From NCBI GenBank assembly GCA_021162785.1, contig JAGGYA010000016.1, forward strand, positions 1,533 to 65,532: 64,000 nt of DNA, in the 5' to 3' direction. The translations under genes were made by a program, and so were the position numbers. Each line of letters begins with the position of its first letter. Position 1 is the first letter of the stretch. The notes under the pieces were generated by a model. It was not told where the DNA came from. It saw only the letters and a list, made by a program, of their open reading frames with translations, and searched no databases. Positions 47,517-56,684 of this stretch are shown here, one piece after another. This DNA is from Candidatus Calescamantes bacterium. Its GTDB lineage: Bacteria; CAIJMQ01; JAADFP01.

Positions 47517-48205
47517 TCCTTTCTCTCGCCAAATATAGCCCTTCCCAATCTCACCAGATTTGCCCCTTCTTCCACAGCTATTACATAGTCATCACTCATC
47601 CCCATAGAAAGTATTTTCATCTCCACATGCGGGAATCCTTCTTTCTCTATTTCTTCTTTGATTCTTCGCATCTGAACAAAATAAGGTCGCACCTTCTCTG
47701 GATCTTCAAACCAGGGTGGAATACACATAAGACCCACACATTTCAAATGAGGATAGGCTTTAAGTTTATAAATAAAATCTTTAACTTCTTCTGGCATAAC
47801 ACCAAACTTTGTGTCTTCCTTACCTATATTAACCTCCACAAGTATTTCCATCTCCTTCCCTGCCTTAGAAAGCCTCTTCTCCAATTCTTCAACTAAGGGA
47901 AGTGAATCCACAGACTCTATCATATCAAAAAGTTTGATTGCCTGTTTCACCTTGTTTCTTTGAAGATGTCCTATCATATGCCACTTAACCCTTTCTTTTC
48001 CCAAAACTTCAATCTTTGCCTTGGCTTCCTGAACCCTATTTTCTCCAATGAGGGTAATCCCAGCTTCAATTGCTTCCTTTATCCTTTCAGGTTCAACTGT
48101 CTTTGTAGCAGCTAATATCTGAACTTCTTTTACACCTGAAATCTTCATAGCGTCAAGAATTTTTCCCCGGATAGTTTCTATTCTTTTTCTAATTTCACTC
48201 CCCAT
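47513..48205 (-). CDS. YggS-family pyridoxal-phosphate homeostasis protein
   Basis: AATKT (PLP lysine), HMIGHLQRNK and SMGMS.D motifs. Confidence 0.9.
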   Translation of the reverse strand: MGSEIRKRIETIRGKILDAMKISGVKEVQILAATKTVEPERIKEAIEAGITLIGENRVQEAKAKIEVLGKERVKWHMIGHLQRNKVKQAIKLFDMIESVDSLPLVEELEKRLSKAGKEMEILVEVNIGKEDTKFGVMPEEVKDFIYKLKAYPHLKCVGLMCIPPWFEDPEKVRPYFVQMRRIKEEIEKEGFPHVEMKILSMGMSDDYVIAVEEGANLVRLGRAIFGERKE

Positions 48206-49112
48206 TTTTCTTCAAATTTACCTTTAAAAATTCCAAAGTTTTTCTGATAATAACCGGATAGAAAAGAAAAGAAGTGAAATGGGAACAGGGAAGCCAAACA
48301 ATAGGAGGATTACCCATTTTCCTCCTTACTCTCAATACACAGGGAAGAGGTATTACCAAGTCAAATAGTGCATTTATGAAAAGCACCTTTTTCCCTGGTT
48401 TTGCATAGGTAAGAGGATCAAACCAAAACCATAACCAAGGAGCTTCCACTTTTTCCATGCCTTTTTCCTCTATTTCTTTCAAAAATTTTTCAAAATCCTT
48501 CCTCACCTGAAGGTAGTGCCTCCATCTCAAACCTTTTCTCACTCCAGCCAGCATGAGGGGCAGAGTTGCCACACCTTTAGCTACAATATCTGTAAGATTG
48601 CCACCCCCCAAAATGGAGACTCCACATTCCATCCTCTCCTCCACCCCTATAAGAGTGAGAAGGATAATTGCACCAAGGGATATCCCCACACCCCCAATTA
48701 CACTCACTGAATAATGGGAAATAATAAAATCTATCAGGGTTCTGGCATCAACAACTGCCTGTCGAAAAGAAGTAAGAGAAGATTCAAGATCTAAAGTGAG
48801 AAAGAGGGCTCCTGAAGAATGCCCTGAGGGTGTTCGTGCTATGTGGTAAGGTAGATGGAGTCGTAAAGAAAGAAAACCTTCCTCATAAAGGGTCTTCCCC
48901 ATTAACTCACTATACCCTCCCCTTCCTTCTCCCCAAGAATGAAGAAGTATAACTGCGGAAGAAAAACTCTTGGGTTCCCATATATCCACCACTACATTAT
49001 TGTTTTCCTCATAAGGAGTATTTATCCAAGAGGGAAATATCAAAATTTTCCTCTCCCCTTTTCCATAAAGTTTATACTTAGGCGGGGGGCCTGAATAGGA
49101 AAAGACATTCAT
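48195..49112 (-). CDS. Alpha/beta-fold hydrolase
   Basis: Nucleophile elbow GISLGA after an HSWGEGRG oxyanion region, and a late His (CSHF). The substrate is unknown. Confidence 0.6.
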   Translation of the reverse strand: MNVFSYSGPPPKYKLYGKGERKILIFPSWINTPYEENNNVVVDIWEPKSFSSAVILLHSWGEGRGGYSELMGKTLYEEGFLSLRLHLPYHIARTPSGHSSGALFLTLDLESSLTSFRQAVVDARTLIDFIISHYSVSVIGGVGISLGAIILLTLIGVEERMECGVSILGGGNLTDIVAKGVATLPLMLAGVRKGLRWRHYLQVRKDFEKFLKEIEEKGMEKVEAPWLWFWFDPLTYAKPGKKVLFINALFDLVIPLPCVLRVRRKMGNPPIVWLPCSHFTSFLFYPVIIRKTLEFLKVNLKKNGE

Positions 49113-49966
49113 TGCCGACCAAAAATCTGTCTGGGATCAAGGGCATCACGAAGACCTTCACCCAGCAAATTAAACCCAAGGACTGCAAGTAAAATTGCCA
49201 ATCCAGGGAAGAGTGTTATCCACCATGCCACCTCCAAGTTATCCTTTCCTTCCGTAATTATAGATCCCCAGGATGGTGTAGGCGGTTGGACTCCCAATCC
49301 CAGGAAAGATAGGGAAGATTCCAGTAAAATAGCGCCTGCTACTCCCAAGGTAGCAGCTACCCACACAGGTGAGAGTGCGTTTGGGAGTATGTGTCGGAAC
49401 ATTATTCTAAGGTGGGAGCAACCCACACTCTTAGCAGAAAGTATAAACTCTCTTTCCTTTAGACTCAAAACTTCCGCCCTAACCAGTCTTGCTACTCCCA
49501 TCCATGAAGTTACTCCAATAACCGCCATTATATTCCATATGCTGGGTTTGGTAAAAGCAATAAGGGCAAGAACTAAGAAAAAGGAGGGGAAACATAGCAT
49601 TATATCTACTATCCTCATCAAAAAATTGTCCATTTTCCCCCCTGCATATCCACTCACCAATCCCCAGATAGTTCCAATAATCACAGAAATACCTACTGCC
49701 ACAAAGCCTACAGAAAGTGAAATCCGACTACCCCAAATAACCCTTGAGAGAAGGTCTCTTCCCAAAGAATCGGTGCCAAATGGATGCTTCAAGGAGGGGG
49801 GAGAAAGTATTTCTTCCAAATTGATTTTTTGAGGATCCCATGGAGAAATAACTGGAGCCAATAAAGCCATCAATGTAAAGAAAAGGATCAAGCCCAATCC
49901 AAGCATGGCTAAAGGATTTCTCTTTAACCTTCTCCAATAATAAACCCCTATGCTTTCACCTTTCAT
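49109..49966 (-). CDS. ABC peptide/nickel-type transporter permease (OppC/DppC-like)
   Basis: OppC_N-like N-terminus, the GTD.LGRD motif and the EAA loop region. 285 aa. Confidence 0.88.
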   Translation of the reverse strand: MKGESIGVYYWRRLKRNPLAMLGLGLILFFTLMALLAPVISPWDPQKINLEEILSPPSLKHPFGTDSLGRDLLSRVIWGSRISLSVGFVAVGISVIIGTIWGLVSGYAGGKMDNFLMRIVDIMLCFPSFFLVLALIAFTKPSIWNIMAVIGVTSWMGVARLVRAEVLSLKEREFILSAKSVGCSHLRIMFRHILPNALSPVWVAATLGVAGAILLESSLSFLGLGVQPPTPSWGSIITEGKDNLEVAWWITLFPGLAILLAVLGFNLLGEGLRDALDPRQIFGRQ

Positions 49967-50934
49967 TGATACTTAATCCTGGGGTCAACGCAAGCATACA
50001 TAATATCAGCAATTAAATTTCCTATAAGGGTAAGGAAAGCACCTATGGTAAGTATGCCCATAATCAAAGGATAGTCTCTGGACATGGCTGCTTCATAAAA
50101 TAATCTTCCCATCCCAGGGATACCAAAAACTGTTTCCATTATTACACTGCCCCCTATTAATCCTGGAATAGAAAGTCCCAGGAGAGTTATAACCGGGAGT
50201 AAGGCGTTTCTCAAAGCATGTCTGAAAAGCACCACTCTTTCCGGCAATCCCTTAGCACGAGCTGTTTGTAGATATTCCTGTCTAATAACTTCAAGCATAT
50301 TACTCTTTGTATACCGGGAAAGCCCCGCTAATCCACCAAAAGAAGCTACGAAAACTGGAAGCACTAAATGTTTAGCTAAATCTGCTACTTTTCCCCAGAA
50401 ATTCAAAGAAGGAAAATTAAGGGAATAAAGGCCAGAAATGGGTAACCATCCCAGCTTTACCCCGAAAAGATACATCAAGAGTAGAGCTAACCAAAAAGAA
50501 GGGGTAGCAAAACCAATAAAAACAATAACTGTGGTTAATCGGTCAAATATTGAGTGTTGTTTAACTGCTGAAATTACACCGAGGGGAATGGAAAGAGCAA
50601 GAATAATTACCAGAGAAATAAAATTTATAGAGATGGTCACAGGGAGTCTTTCTTTTATTCGGTCTATTACTCTCCTCCCGTCAAGAAAAGAGTTACCAAA
50701 GTTTAGTCTGAACATTTTTTTCAACCACTCCCAATACTGAATGTATAAAGGTTTATCCAACCCGTAAAGCTTTTCTAACTTCTTGATGGTTTCAAGGGAT
50801 ATATGCGGATTTAAACTCATCATTACCTGAGAGGGTTTGCCAGGAGCAAGATGAACCACTAAAAATGTAATCAGGCTAATTCCTATAAGAAGGGGTACCA
50901 TCCCGAGAATCCTTTTTAAAATGTAAAGAGTCAT
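49963..50934 (-). CDS. ABC peptide/nickel-type transporter permease (OppB/DppB-like)
   Basis: Typical M..YI.KR(I/L) N-terminus, a BPD_transp_1 core and TARAKGL. The start is set at 50934 because a TTGACA-17-TAATAT promoter ends 7 nt upstream of it. The ORF-track start at 50970 would lie in the -35 box. Confidence 0.85.
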   Translation of the reverse strand: MTLYILKRILGMVPLLIGISLITFLVVHLAPGKPSQVMMSLNPHISLETIKKLEKLYGLDKPLYIQYWEWLKKMFRLNFGNSFLDGRRVIDRIKERLPVTISINFISLVIILALSIPLGVISAVKQHSIFDRLTTVIVFIGFATPSFWLALLLMYLFGVKLGWLPISGLYSLNFPSLNFWGKVADLAKHLVLPVFVASFGGLAGLSRYTKSNMLEVIRQEYLQTARAKGLPERVVLFRHALRNALLPVITLLGLSIPGLIGGSVIMETVFGIPGMGRLFYEAAMSRDYPLIMGILTIGAFLTLIGNLIADIMYACVDPRIKYQ

Positions 50935-50941
50935 CAGATAA

Positions 50942-50970
50942 ATATTAATTTTTAGAAGGGAATGTGTCAA
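50942..50970 (-). promoter_or_regulatory. Near-consensus promoter abutting the oppB-like start
   Basis: The minus strand reads TTGACA (50970-50965), a 17-nt spacer, TAATAT (50947-50942), then ttatctg (7 nt) and ATG at 50934. Confidence 0.5.
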
Positions 50971-50998
50971 TGGAGAGGGGAAATTTTCAAACTCTTTC

Positions 50999-51007
50999 TG
51001 GTAAAAT
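50999..51007 (+). promoter_or_regulatory. Extended -10 (TGgTAAAAT) 5 nt upstream of the M48 protease ATG
   Basis: The plus strand reads tcTGgTAAAAT-gaaag-ATG at 51013. Confidence 0.4.
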
Positions 51008-51012
51008 GAAAG

Positions 51013-52599
51013 ATGAGGAAAGTTTTTAAAATCCTTTTTTTCTCTTTAATCCCCTTCTTTTTTTCCGCTTTCCCAGAAAGGGAATTCTTACTGGGACTTA
51101 AATTAAGTGCTAAGATAGAAGAAAAAATTAATGTTTCAGAGGAAAAAAATTTGGTTAGGAGAGTGAACATGATTGGGGTGAAAATAGCTTCTTCCATCCC
51201 TTCCTCTTACCCTCTCACCTTCTCCATTCTGGAATTGGAGGAAGCTAATGCAATTGCCATTCCCGGAGGATTTATTTACCTCACTAAAGGGCTCTTTGAT
51301 CTCAATCCAACGGATGATGAAATTGCTTTTGTTATTGGTCACGAGATAGCCCACCTTGAGAAAAAACACCTTTACAAAATCAAGAAAATCCAGACTCTTC
51401 TTAACCTTTTACTCTTTACTCTCTCCTATCCCATCATTAGAGAAAGCGATAATCCTGAAGCTGCCTGTAAACTCTTAGAGCTTTCTTCCTTGCTCTTAGA
51501 AAGAAAATACTCCCGTGAACAGGAAGAGGAAGCAGACTACTGGGGAAGAATTTATGCATTGAAAAGTGGTTACCAAGATGCTGCAAAGAGTTTTTTTCAA
51601 AAACTCGATTTCTGGAAGGAGGAAAAACCCGAAAAAGTATATCTTCTCTATGCTTCGCATCCCTTCATAGAAGAAAGAGTCAAGAAGGCAAAACATACTC
51701 TGGGAATGGGTAGTGCTTCTCCCTCCCCTGTTAAAGAAAAGGAATGGCTGGAAAAAGTTCAGAGCTTTCTCTGGGAAATGAGTAAGAAAGCGAAGGGAAA
51801 AGAGAAGGACATCCTTCTTCGAAATCTTTATAATCTTTCCCCTTTTACGTCATTAGGAGGTGAGGCCTGCTATCTTCTACTGAAAAGAAAATTTTTAAAG
51901 TGGGAAAAAGAAAAGAATTACTATCCTGCTATAAAGGAAGCAAGGAAACTCCTTCAAACCTATCCCCATCTCAAAGAAAGAGAAGAACTTATCAAAAAAT
52001 TAAAAAGATGGGAAACAAAGTATTGCACTGAGAAAAGGAAGTGGGAAGAAAGATTGGACAAGAATAATCCCTCTTCTTTTTATCAAAATTTTTTAACTCT
52101 TTTCCCTGATTCTGAAAGAAGGAAAGAAGCATGGGAAAAACTCATCCAAATTTATCTTAAAGAAAATCTTGCTTCATGTGCTCTTGAATGCCTTCTAAAA
52201 TTGAAAAAGGAATTTCCACAGGTTTCAATAAAGGAGAAGGGGCTGAAACTTATTGGAAGGATAGAAAAATTGGACTTATTACAGGAGTTCTATTCTTATT
52301 ATCCGGAAGAAAAGGTTAAAGAAAGATTGATAAAATTAATATCAAAGGAAGAATCACTTAAAATTCTTGCCAAACTTAGGGAAATAAAAAATGAAGAAAT
52401 TGAAAGGGAAGCACGAGAAAGAATCGAAATGCTTGCATGCAAAAAATTTAAAGAAGCAAAAGTAAAAGAATTAAGCGGTGATATCGAATCTTCCCGGAAG
52501 ATAAAAAGAGAAATATTGGAGTATGCAGGCTGGACTGAGGAGGCAAAGAGAATAAGGGAAGAAATAAAAAGAAAAGAGATTATAAGAGCCCATTTTTAA
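51013..52599 (+). CDS. M48-family zinc metalloprotease with a long helical C-terminal extension
   Basis: Signal/anchor-like N-terminus, the [10 protein letters not shown] zinc motif and a downstream Glu region (EEEADYWG). The C-terminal 300 aa or so are K/E-rich and helical. Confidence 0.8.
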   Translation: MRKVFKILFFSLIPFFFSAFPEREFLLGLKLSAKIEEKINVSEEKNLVRRVNMIGVKIASSIPSSYPLTFSILELEEANAIAIPGGFIYLTKGLFDLNPTDDEIAFVIGHEIAHLEKKHLYKIKKIQTLLNLLLFTLSYPIIRESDNPEAACKLLELSSLLLERKYSREQEEEADYWGRIYALKSGYQDAAKSFFQKLDFWKEEKPEKVYLLYASHPFIEERVKKAKHTLGMGSASPSPVKEKEWLEKVQSFLWEMSKKAKGKEKDILLRNLYNLSPFTSLGGEACYLLLKRKFLKWEKEKNYYPAIKEARKLLQTYPHLKEREELIKKLKRWETKYCTEKRKWEERLDKNNPSSFYQNFLTLFPDSERRKEAWEKLIQIYLKENLASCALECLLKLKKEFPQVSIKEKGLKLIGRIEKLDLLQEFYSYYPEEKVKERLIKLISKEESLKILAKLREIKNEEIEREARERIEMLACKKFKEAKVKELSGDIESSRKIKREILEYAGWTEEAKRIREEIKRKEIIRAHF

Positions 52600-52612
52600 A
52601 AGGAGGTCCTCA

Positions 52613-53884
52613 ATGAAAATTCTCCTGATTGGAAAAGGGGGAAGGGAACATGCCCTTGCCTGGAAATTAATGGATAAGGATATTGAACTTTACTACCTTG
52701 AAGGAAATGGTGGTATTGAAAGGCTTGGGAAAAAGTTAAAAATCGAGGAAAAGGGATGGCAGGAGATTGCCCAAACTGCTAAATCAGAAGGTATTGAGTT
52801 TGTTGTAGTTGGACCTGAAAAGCCTCTTGTGGAAGGTGTAGGGGATATTTTTCGGAAAATAGGTATCAAAGTTTTTGGACCTACCAGAGAAGGGGCAAGA
52901 CTGGAAGGAAGTAAAGTGTTTGCCAAAGAACTAATGAAAAAATACTCTATCCCTACAGCAAGTTTTGAAATTTTTGAGGATCCAGAGAAAGCAATAAAAT
53001 TCCTTGAAAAAGCAAAACATCCCAGGGTGGTAAAAGCAGATGGGCTGGCTCAAGGGAAAGGTTCCATTGTTTGTAAGAATTTTGAGGAAAGTAAGGAAGC
53101 AGTGAAAAGAATAATGGTGGAGAAAGAATTTGGTGATTCAGGGAACAGAATAGTAATTGAAGAATTTTTGGAAGGTGAGGAAGCTTCCATTCTTGGAATT
53201 ACAGATGGCAAACAAATCATTCCCCTTTTACCTTCCCAAGACCATAAACCAATCTATGATGGAGATAAAGGACCCAACACGGGAGGTATGGGAGCATATG
53301 CTCCCTATCCAGGAATTGACGATGAAGCTCTCTCTTATATAGAAGAAAAGATACTCAAAAGAACACTGGAAGCACTCAAAAAGGAAAATATAGATTTCAA
53401 AGGAGTTCTTTATGCAGGTCTCATGTTAACAAAGGAAGGGCCAAAAGTTCTGGAATTCAATGTAAGATTTGGAGACCCAGAAACTCAAGCTATTCTTCCC
53501 CTTTTAAAAACTAACCTTCTGGATTTACTCTTAGCTTGCGAAGAAGGAGAACTTGAAAAATTCAAAAAATTGGGATGGGAAGATGGTTACTGTGTCTGCG
53601 TGGTAATAGCTTCTGGTGGATATCCCGGTCCTTATGAAAAAGGCAAGTTGATAGAAGGAGTGGAAAAGGCAGAAGAGGAAAGTTGCATTGTTTTCCATGC
53701 TGGGACAAAACTAATGGACGGGAAACTTGTTACTGATGGGGGAAGAGTCCTGGGAGTAGCAGGAATAGAGAAAACCCTTCCTCTGGCTATTGAAAAAGCC
53801 TATAGTGGTGTGAAGAAAATAAAATTTTCGGGAATGTATTTCAGGAAAGACATAGGGAAGAAAGGGTTAAAATTTGTTCAATAA
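52613..53884 (+). CDS. purD: Phosphoribosylamine-glycine ligase
   Basis: MKILLIGKGGREHALAWKL N-terminus, ATP-grasp motifs and AKGVLYAGLM...EFN.RFGDPE. AGGAGG lies 6 nt upstream. Confidence 0.96.
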   Translation: MKILLIGKGGREHALAWKLMDKDIELYYLEGNGGIERLGKKLKIEEKGWQEIAQTAKSEGIEFVVVGPEKPLVEGVGDIFRKIGIKVFGPTREGARLEGSKVFAKELMKKYSIPTASFEIFEDPEKAIKFLEKAKHPRVVKADGLAQGKGSIVCKNFEESKEAVKRIMVEKEFGDSGNRIVIEEFLEGEEASILGITDGKQIIPLLPSQDHKPIYDGDKGPNTGGMGAYAPYPGIDDEALSYIEEKILKRTLEALKKENIDFKGVLYAGLMLTKEGPKVLEFNVRFGDPETQAILPLLKTNLLDLLLACEEGELEKFKKLGWEDGYCVCVVIASGGYPGPYEKGKLIEGVEKAEEESCIVFHAGTKLMDGKLVTDGGRVLGVAGIEKTLPLAIEKAYSGVKKIKFSGMYFRKDIGKKGLKFVQ

Positions 53885-54436
53885 ATAACCATATTCTGTA
53901 ATTACTTCATCCACGGGAATATCCTGGGAATCTGCAGGGATTTCTTCGAATACTTGAACATGAAAGGCTAATCCTATTTTCTTAACCCCTTCAGGTAAAG
54001 AAGTAAAAAAACGATCAAAGTAGCCCTTTCCCCTTCCCAAGCGATTTCCTTTCCTATCAAAGGCTAATCCCGGTGTAATAACCAATTGAATTTTCTTCTT
54101 GGAGAATAGAACTTTTTCCATCGGCTCTGGTATACCCCATCTTCCCTCTTTTAATTTATGGAGACTACAAAGTTCTACCGGTATAAGCTCTTCCCCTTTC
54201 ACCCAGGGAACTAAAATTTTTTTCCCTTGGGTAATTGCTCTTTTAATAAAAGGGAAAGTATCTACCTCCTCAGGTAAAGGGAGATAAACCATTACAATAT
54301 TTCTTTCAAGGTAAAAGGGGTGGGAAAGGAGAAATTCTGTAATTTTAACGCTCTTCTCTTTCCTCTCAGTGGGGGAAATTTCTTTAAGTTTCTCCTTTAC
54401 TATCTTCCTTATTCTTTCTTTTTTCTCTCCAATCAT
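53867..54436 (-). CDS. 5-formyltetrahydrofolate cyclo-ligase
   Basis: Contains VPGLAFD..G.RLGRGKGYFDR and the C-terminal D.P.D motif. Confidence 0.88.
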   Translation of the reverse strand: MIGEKKERIRKIVKEKLKEISPTERKEKSVKITEFLLSHPFYLERNIVMVYLPLPEEVDTFPFIKRAITQGKKILVPWVKGEELIPVELCSLHKLKEGRWGIPEPMEKVLFSKKKIQLVITPGLAFDRKGNRLGRGKGYFDRFFTSLPEGVKKIGLAFHVQVFEEIPADSQDIPVDEVITEYGYLLNKF

Positions 54437-55727
54437 CGAGTCGCTTTTTAATTATTTTTTCATACCCAACATTTTCTGGACGATAGAAAATCTTGTGCCT
54501 TTCCAGATAATCCTGAACTACAAAGTGTCCGGGGAAATTATGAGGGTAAAGGTATCCCTTCCCCCTACCTAATTTCTTAGCTCCAGGATAACTTCCCACT
54601 TTGAGATGTTGAGGAACTTTTTGAGTTTTCTCCTTTTTCAATTCTTCCTCAGTTTCTCTCAAAGCTTTGAAAACTGCATTACTCTTAGGTGCAGTAGCTA
54701 AATAAGTAACCGCCTGTGCTAAAGGAATTTTTCCTTCGGGTAATCCCACAAATTCAAGCGCTTCAAATGCACTTACTGCCACCATCAGAGCTTTAGGATC
54801 AGCATTTCCTATATCTTCAGAAGCAAAAATTACCATCCTCCGGGCAATATAGCGAGGATCTTCTCCAGCCTCAAGCATTTTCACCATCCAGTAAAGTGCA
54901 GCATCAGGATCTGATCCTCTTAGGCTCTTAATAAAGGCAGAAATTGTATCATAATGCTGGTCTTCATCACGATCATAAAGAATGAATTTTTTCTGTATAG
55001 ATTCCTGGGCAACCTCAACCGTAAAATGAATAACACCTTTCTCATCGGGTGGGGTGGTTAACACCCCTATTTCTAAAGCATTTAGAGCTCTTCTTGCATC
55101 ACCTTCCGAAACACGAGCCAGAAATTTAAGAGCTTCATCATCCATTTTCACAGAATAACTACCCAGTCCCCTTTCTTTATCCTTTAATGCTCTTATTATC
55201 AAAATCTCTATGTGTTTCTCCTCCAGAGGCTTGAATTCAAAGATTTGAGAACGCGAAAGAAGAGGAGCATTTAAAGCAAAAAAGGGATTATGGGTGGTAG
55301 CTCCTACGAGAGTAATCACTCCTTCTTCCACACTGGGGAGGAGAGCATCCTGCTGAGCTTTATTAAACCGATGAATTTCATCTATGAAAAGAATAGTTCT
55401 TTTACCCGAAACTTCTATCCTCCTGGCTGCTGAATCCACTATTTCCCTCAATTCCTGAACACCAGAAGTAACCGCATTAATTCTAACAAAATGAGCTTTC
55501 GTAATATTGGCTATTACATAAGCTAAAGCTGTTTTTCCTGTCCCTGGTGGGCCATAGAATATGGCTGAGGATAATCTATCCGCAAGGATGGCCCTTCGTA
55601 AAAGTTTTCCCTCTCCAAGAAGATGTTCCTGCCCTACCATTTCCTCCAGTGTTCGAGGTCGCATTCGAACAGGGAGAGGAGGAGAGAATTTTTTCTTAGG
55701 ATCCCCAGAGAAAAGCTCCTCTACCAT
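54384..55727 (-). CDS. rarA: Replication-associated recombination protein A (MgsA/RarA AAA+ ATPase)
   Basis: LAERMRP-like N-terminus (PVRMRPRTLEEMVGQEHL), Walker A GPPGTGKT, Walker B DEIHRF and the C-terminal MgsA_C motifs (ISAFIKSLRGSDPDAALYW, GLPE). Confidence 0.94.
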   Translation of the reverse strand: MVEELFSGDPKKKFSPPLPVRMRPRTLEEMVGQEHLLGEGKLLRRAILADRLSSAIFYGPPGTGKTALAYVIANITKAHFVRINAVTSGVQELREIVDSAARRIEVSGKRTILFIDEIHRFNKAQQDALLPSVEEGVITLVGATTHNPFFALNAPLLSRSQIFEFKPLEEKHIEILIIRALKDKERGLGSYSVKMDDEALKFLARVSEGDARRALNALEIGVLTTPPDEKGVIHFTVEVAQESIQKKFILYDRDEDQHYDTISAFIKSLRGSDPDAALYWMVKMLEAGEDPRYIARRMVIFASEDIGNADPKALMVAVSAFEALEFVGLPEGKIPLAQAVTYLATAPKSNAVFKALRETEEELKKEKTQKVPQHLKVGSYPGAKKLGRGKGYLYPHNFPGHFVVQDYLERHKIFYRPENVGYEKIIKKRLDDWREKRKNKEDSKGET

Positions 55728-56656
55728 CTAATTTCCACCCCGTATTCTTTCTTCTTTCTTTCTATCCATTCATTGATGGCTTCTTGGGTTTTTCTTTTAA
55801 ATATAATCCTCTTTATTTTCTCTCTTACTTCCTCTAAGGGAGGTGGTGGGGGGTATTTGATACCTTCCAGTTTTATAAACCTTATTCCATCATTAGACCT
55901 AACAGGTGGAGTTATCTCCCCTACTTTTACGGATCGTAAAGCAATCCTTATCTCAGGTAATAGCTGGGTTTCGGGGAGATATCCTATTCTCCCTCCTTTT
56001 TCACGAAAAGGACCTTCCGAATACTGACGAGCCAAGGAATAAAAGTCTTCACCTTTTTTCAGTCGAGATTTTATCTCTTCAATAATTTCCTTTATTTCAT
56101 CTTCCGGATGATTTAATTTTATCCATATCTGGGAAATACATACCTGGGGAGGCGGGGAAAGATCCTTTTTATATTCTTCATAAAAATTTTTTATTTCCTC
56201 CTCACTTACTTTTATTTTCGAAAGAATTTGAGTGTATAGCACCTTTTTAACCAAAAGCCCTTCTTTGATCTCCTCTTTCAATTGTGCTAAATTCTTACCT
56301 TCCTTCTCCAAGGCTGAATAAAAAGCAGTTTCTGAGGGATATTTCCTTTTAATCTTTTCAATCTCTGCATCAACTTCATCATCCTCAACTTCCACTTTTA
56401 ATTTTTTAGCTTCTAAAATAAAAAGTTTTTCTTCCACCAAGTCCTCCAGCACCCTTTTCATTATTTCCTCTTTTTTACCCATCCGCTCCTCAGAGGGGAG
56501 GACTGCAAGTAATCTGGAAGTTCTTTCCTCCACTTCGCTTAGGAGAATAACTTCATCTCCCACCTTAGCTACAATTTTATCTACAATTCCACCATAAATA
56601 ATTGCAGGAAAAAGGGAAAAGAGAAAAACCTTTATCAATCTATCTTTTTTTGACAT
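55721..56656 (-). CDS. SurA/PrsA-like peptidyl-prolyl isomerase (parvulin)
   Basis: Signal-like N-terminus, a SurA_N-type helical domain and a parvulin domain (ISQIWIKL...GGRIGYL...GIRFIKL). Its start is 27 nt downstream of the giant gene's stop codon. Confidence 0.78.
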   Translation of the reverse strand: MSKKDRLIKVFLFSLFPAIIYGGIVDKIVAKVGDEVILLSEVEERTSRLLAVLPSEERMGKKEEIMKRVLEDLVEEKLFILEAKKLKVEVEDDEVDAEIEKIKRKYPSETAFYSALEKEGKNLAQLKEEIKEGLLVKKVLYTQILSKIKVSEEEIKNFYEEYKKDLSPPPQVCISQIWIKLNHPEDEIKEIIEEIKSRLKKGEDFYSLARQYSEGPFREKGGRIGYLPETQLLPEIRIALRSVKVGEITPPVRSNDGIRFIKLEGIKYPPPPPLEEVREKIKRIIFKRKTQEAINEWIERKKKEYGVEIRW

Positions 56657-56684
56657 GTCAGCAGTGGGCTATAAAATCAGTGGC

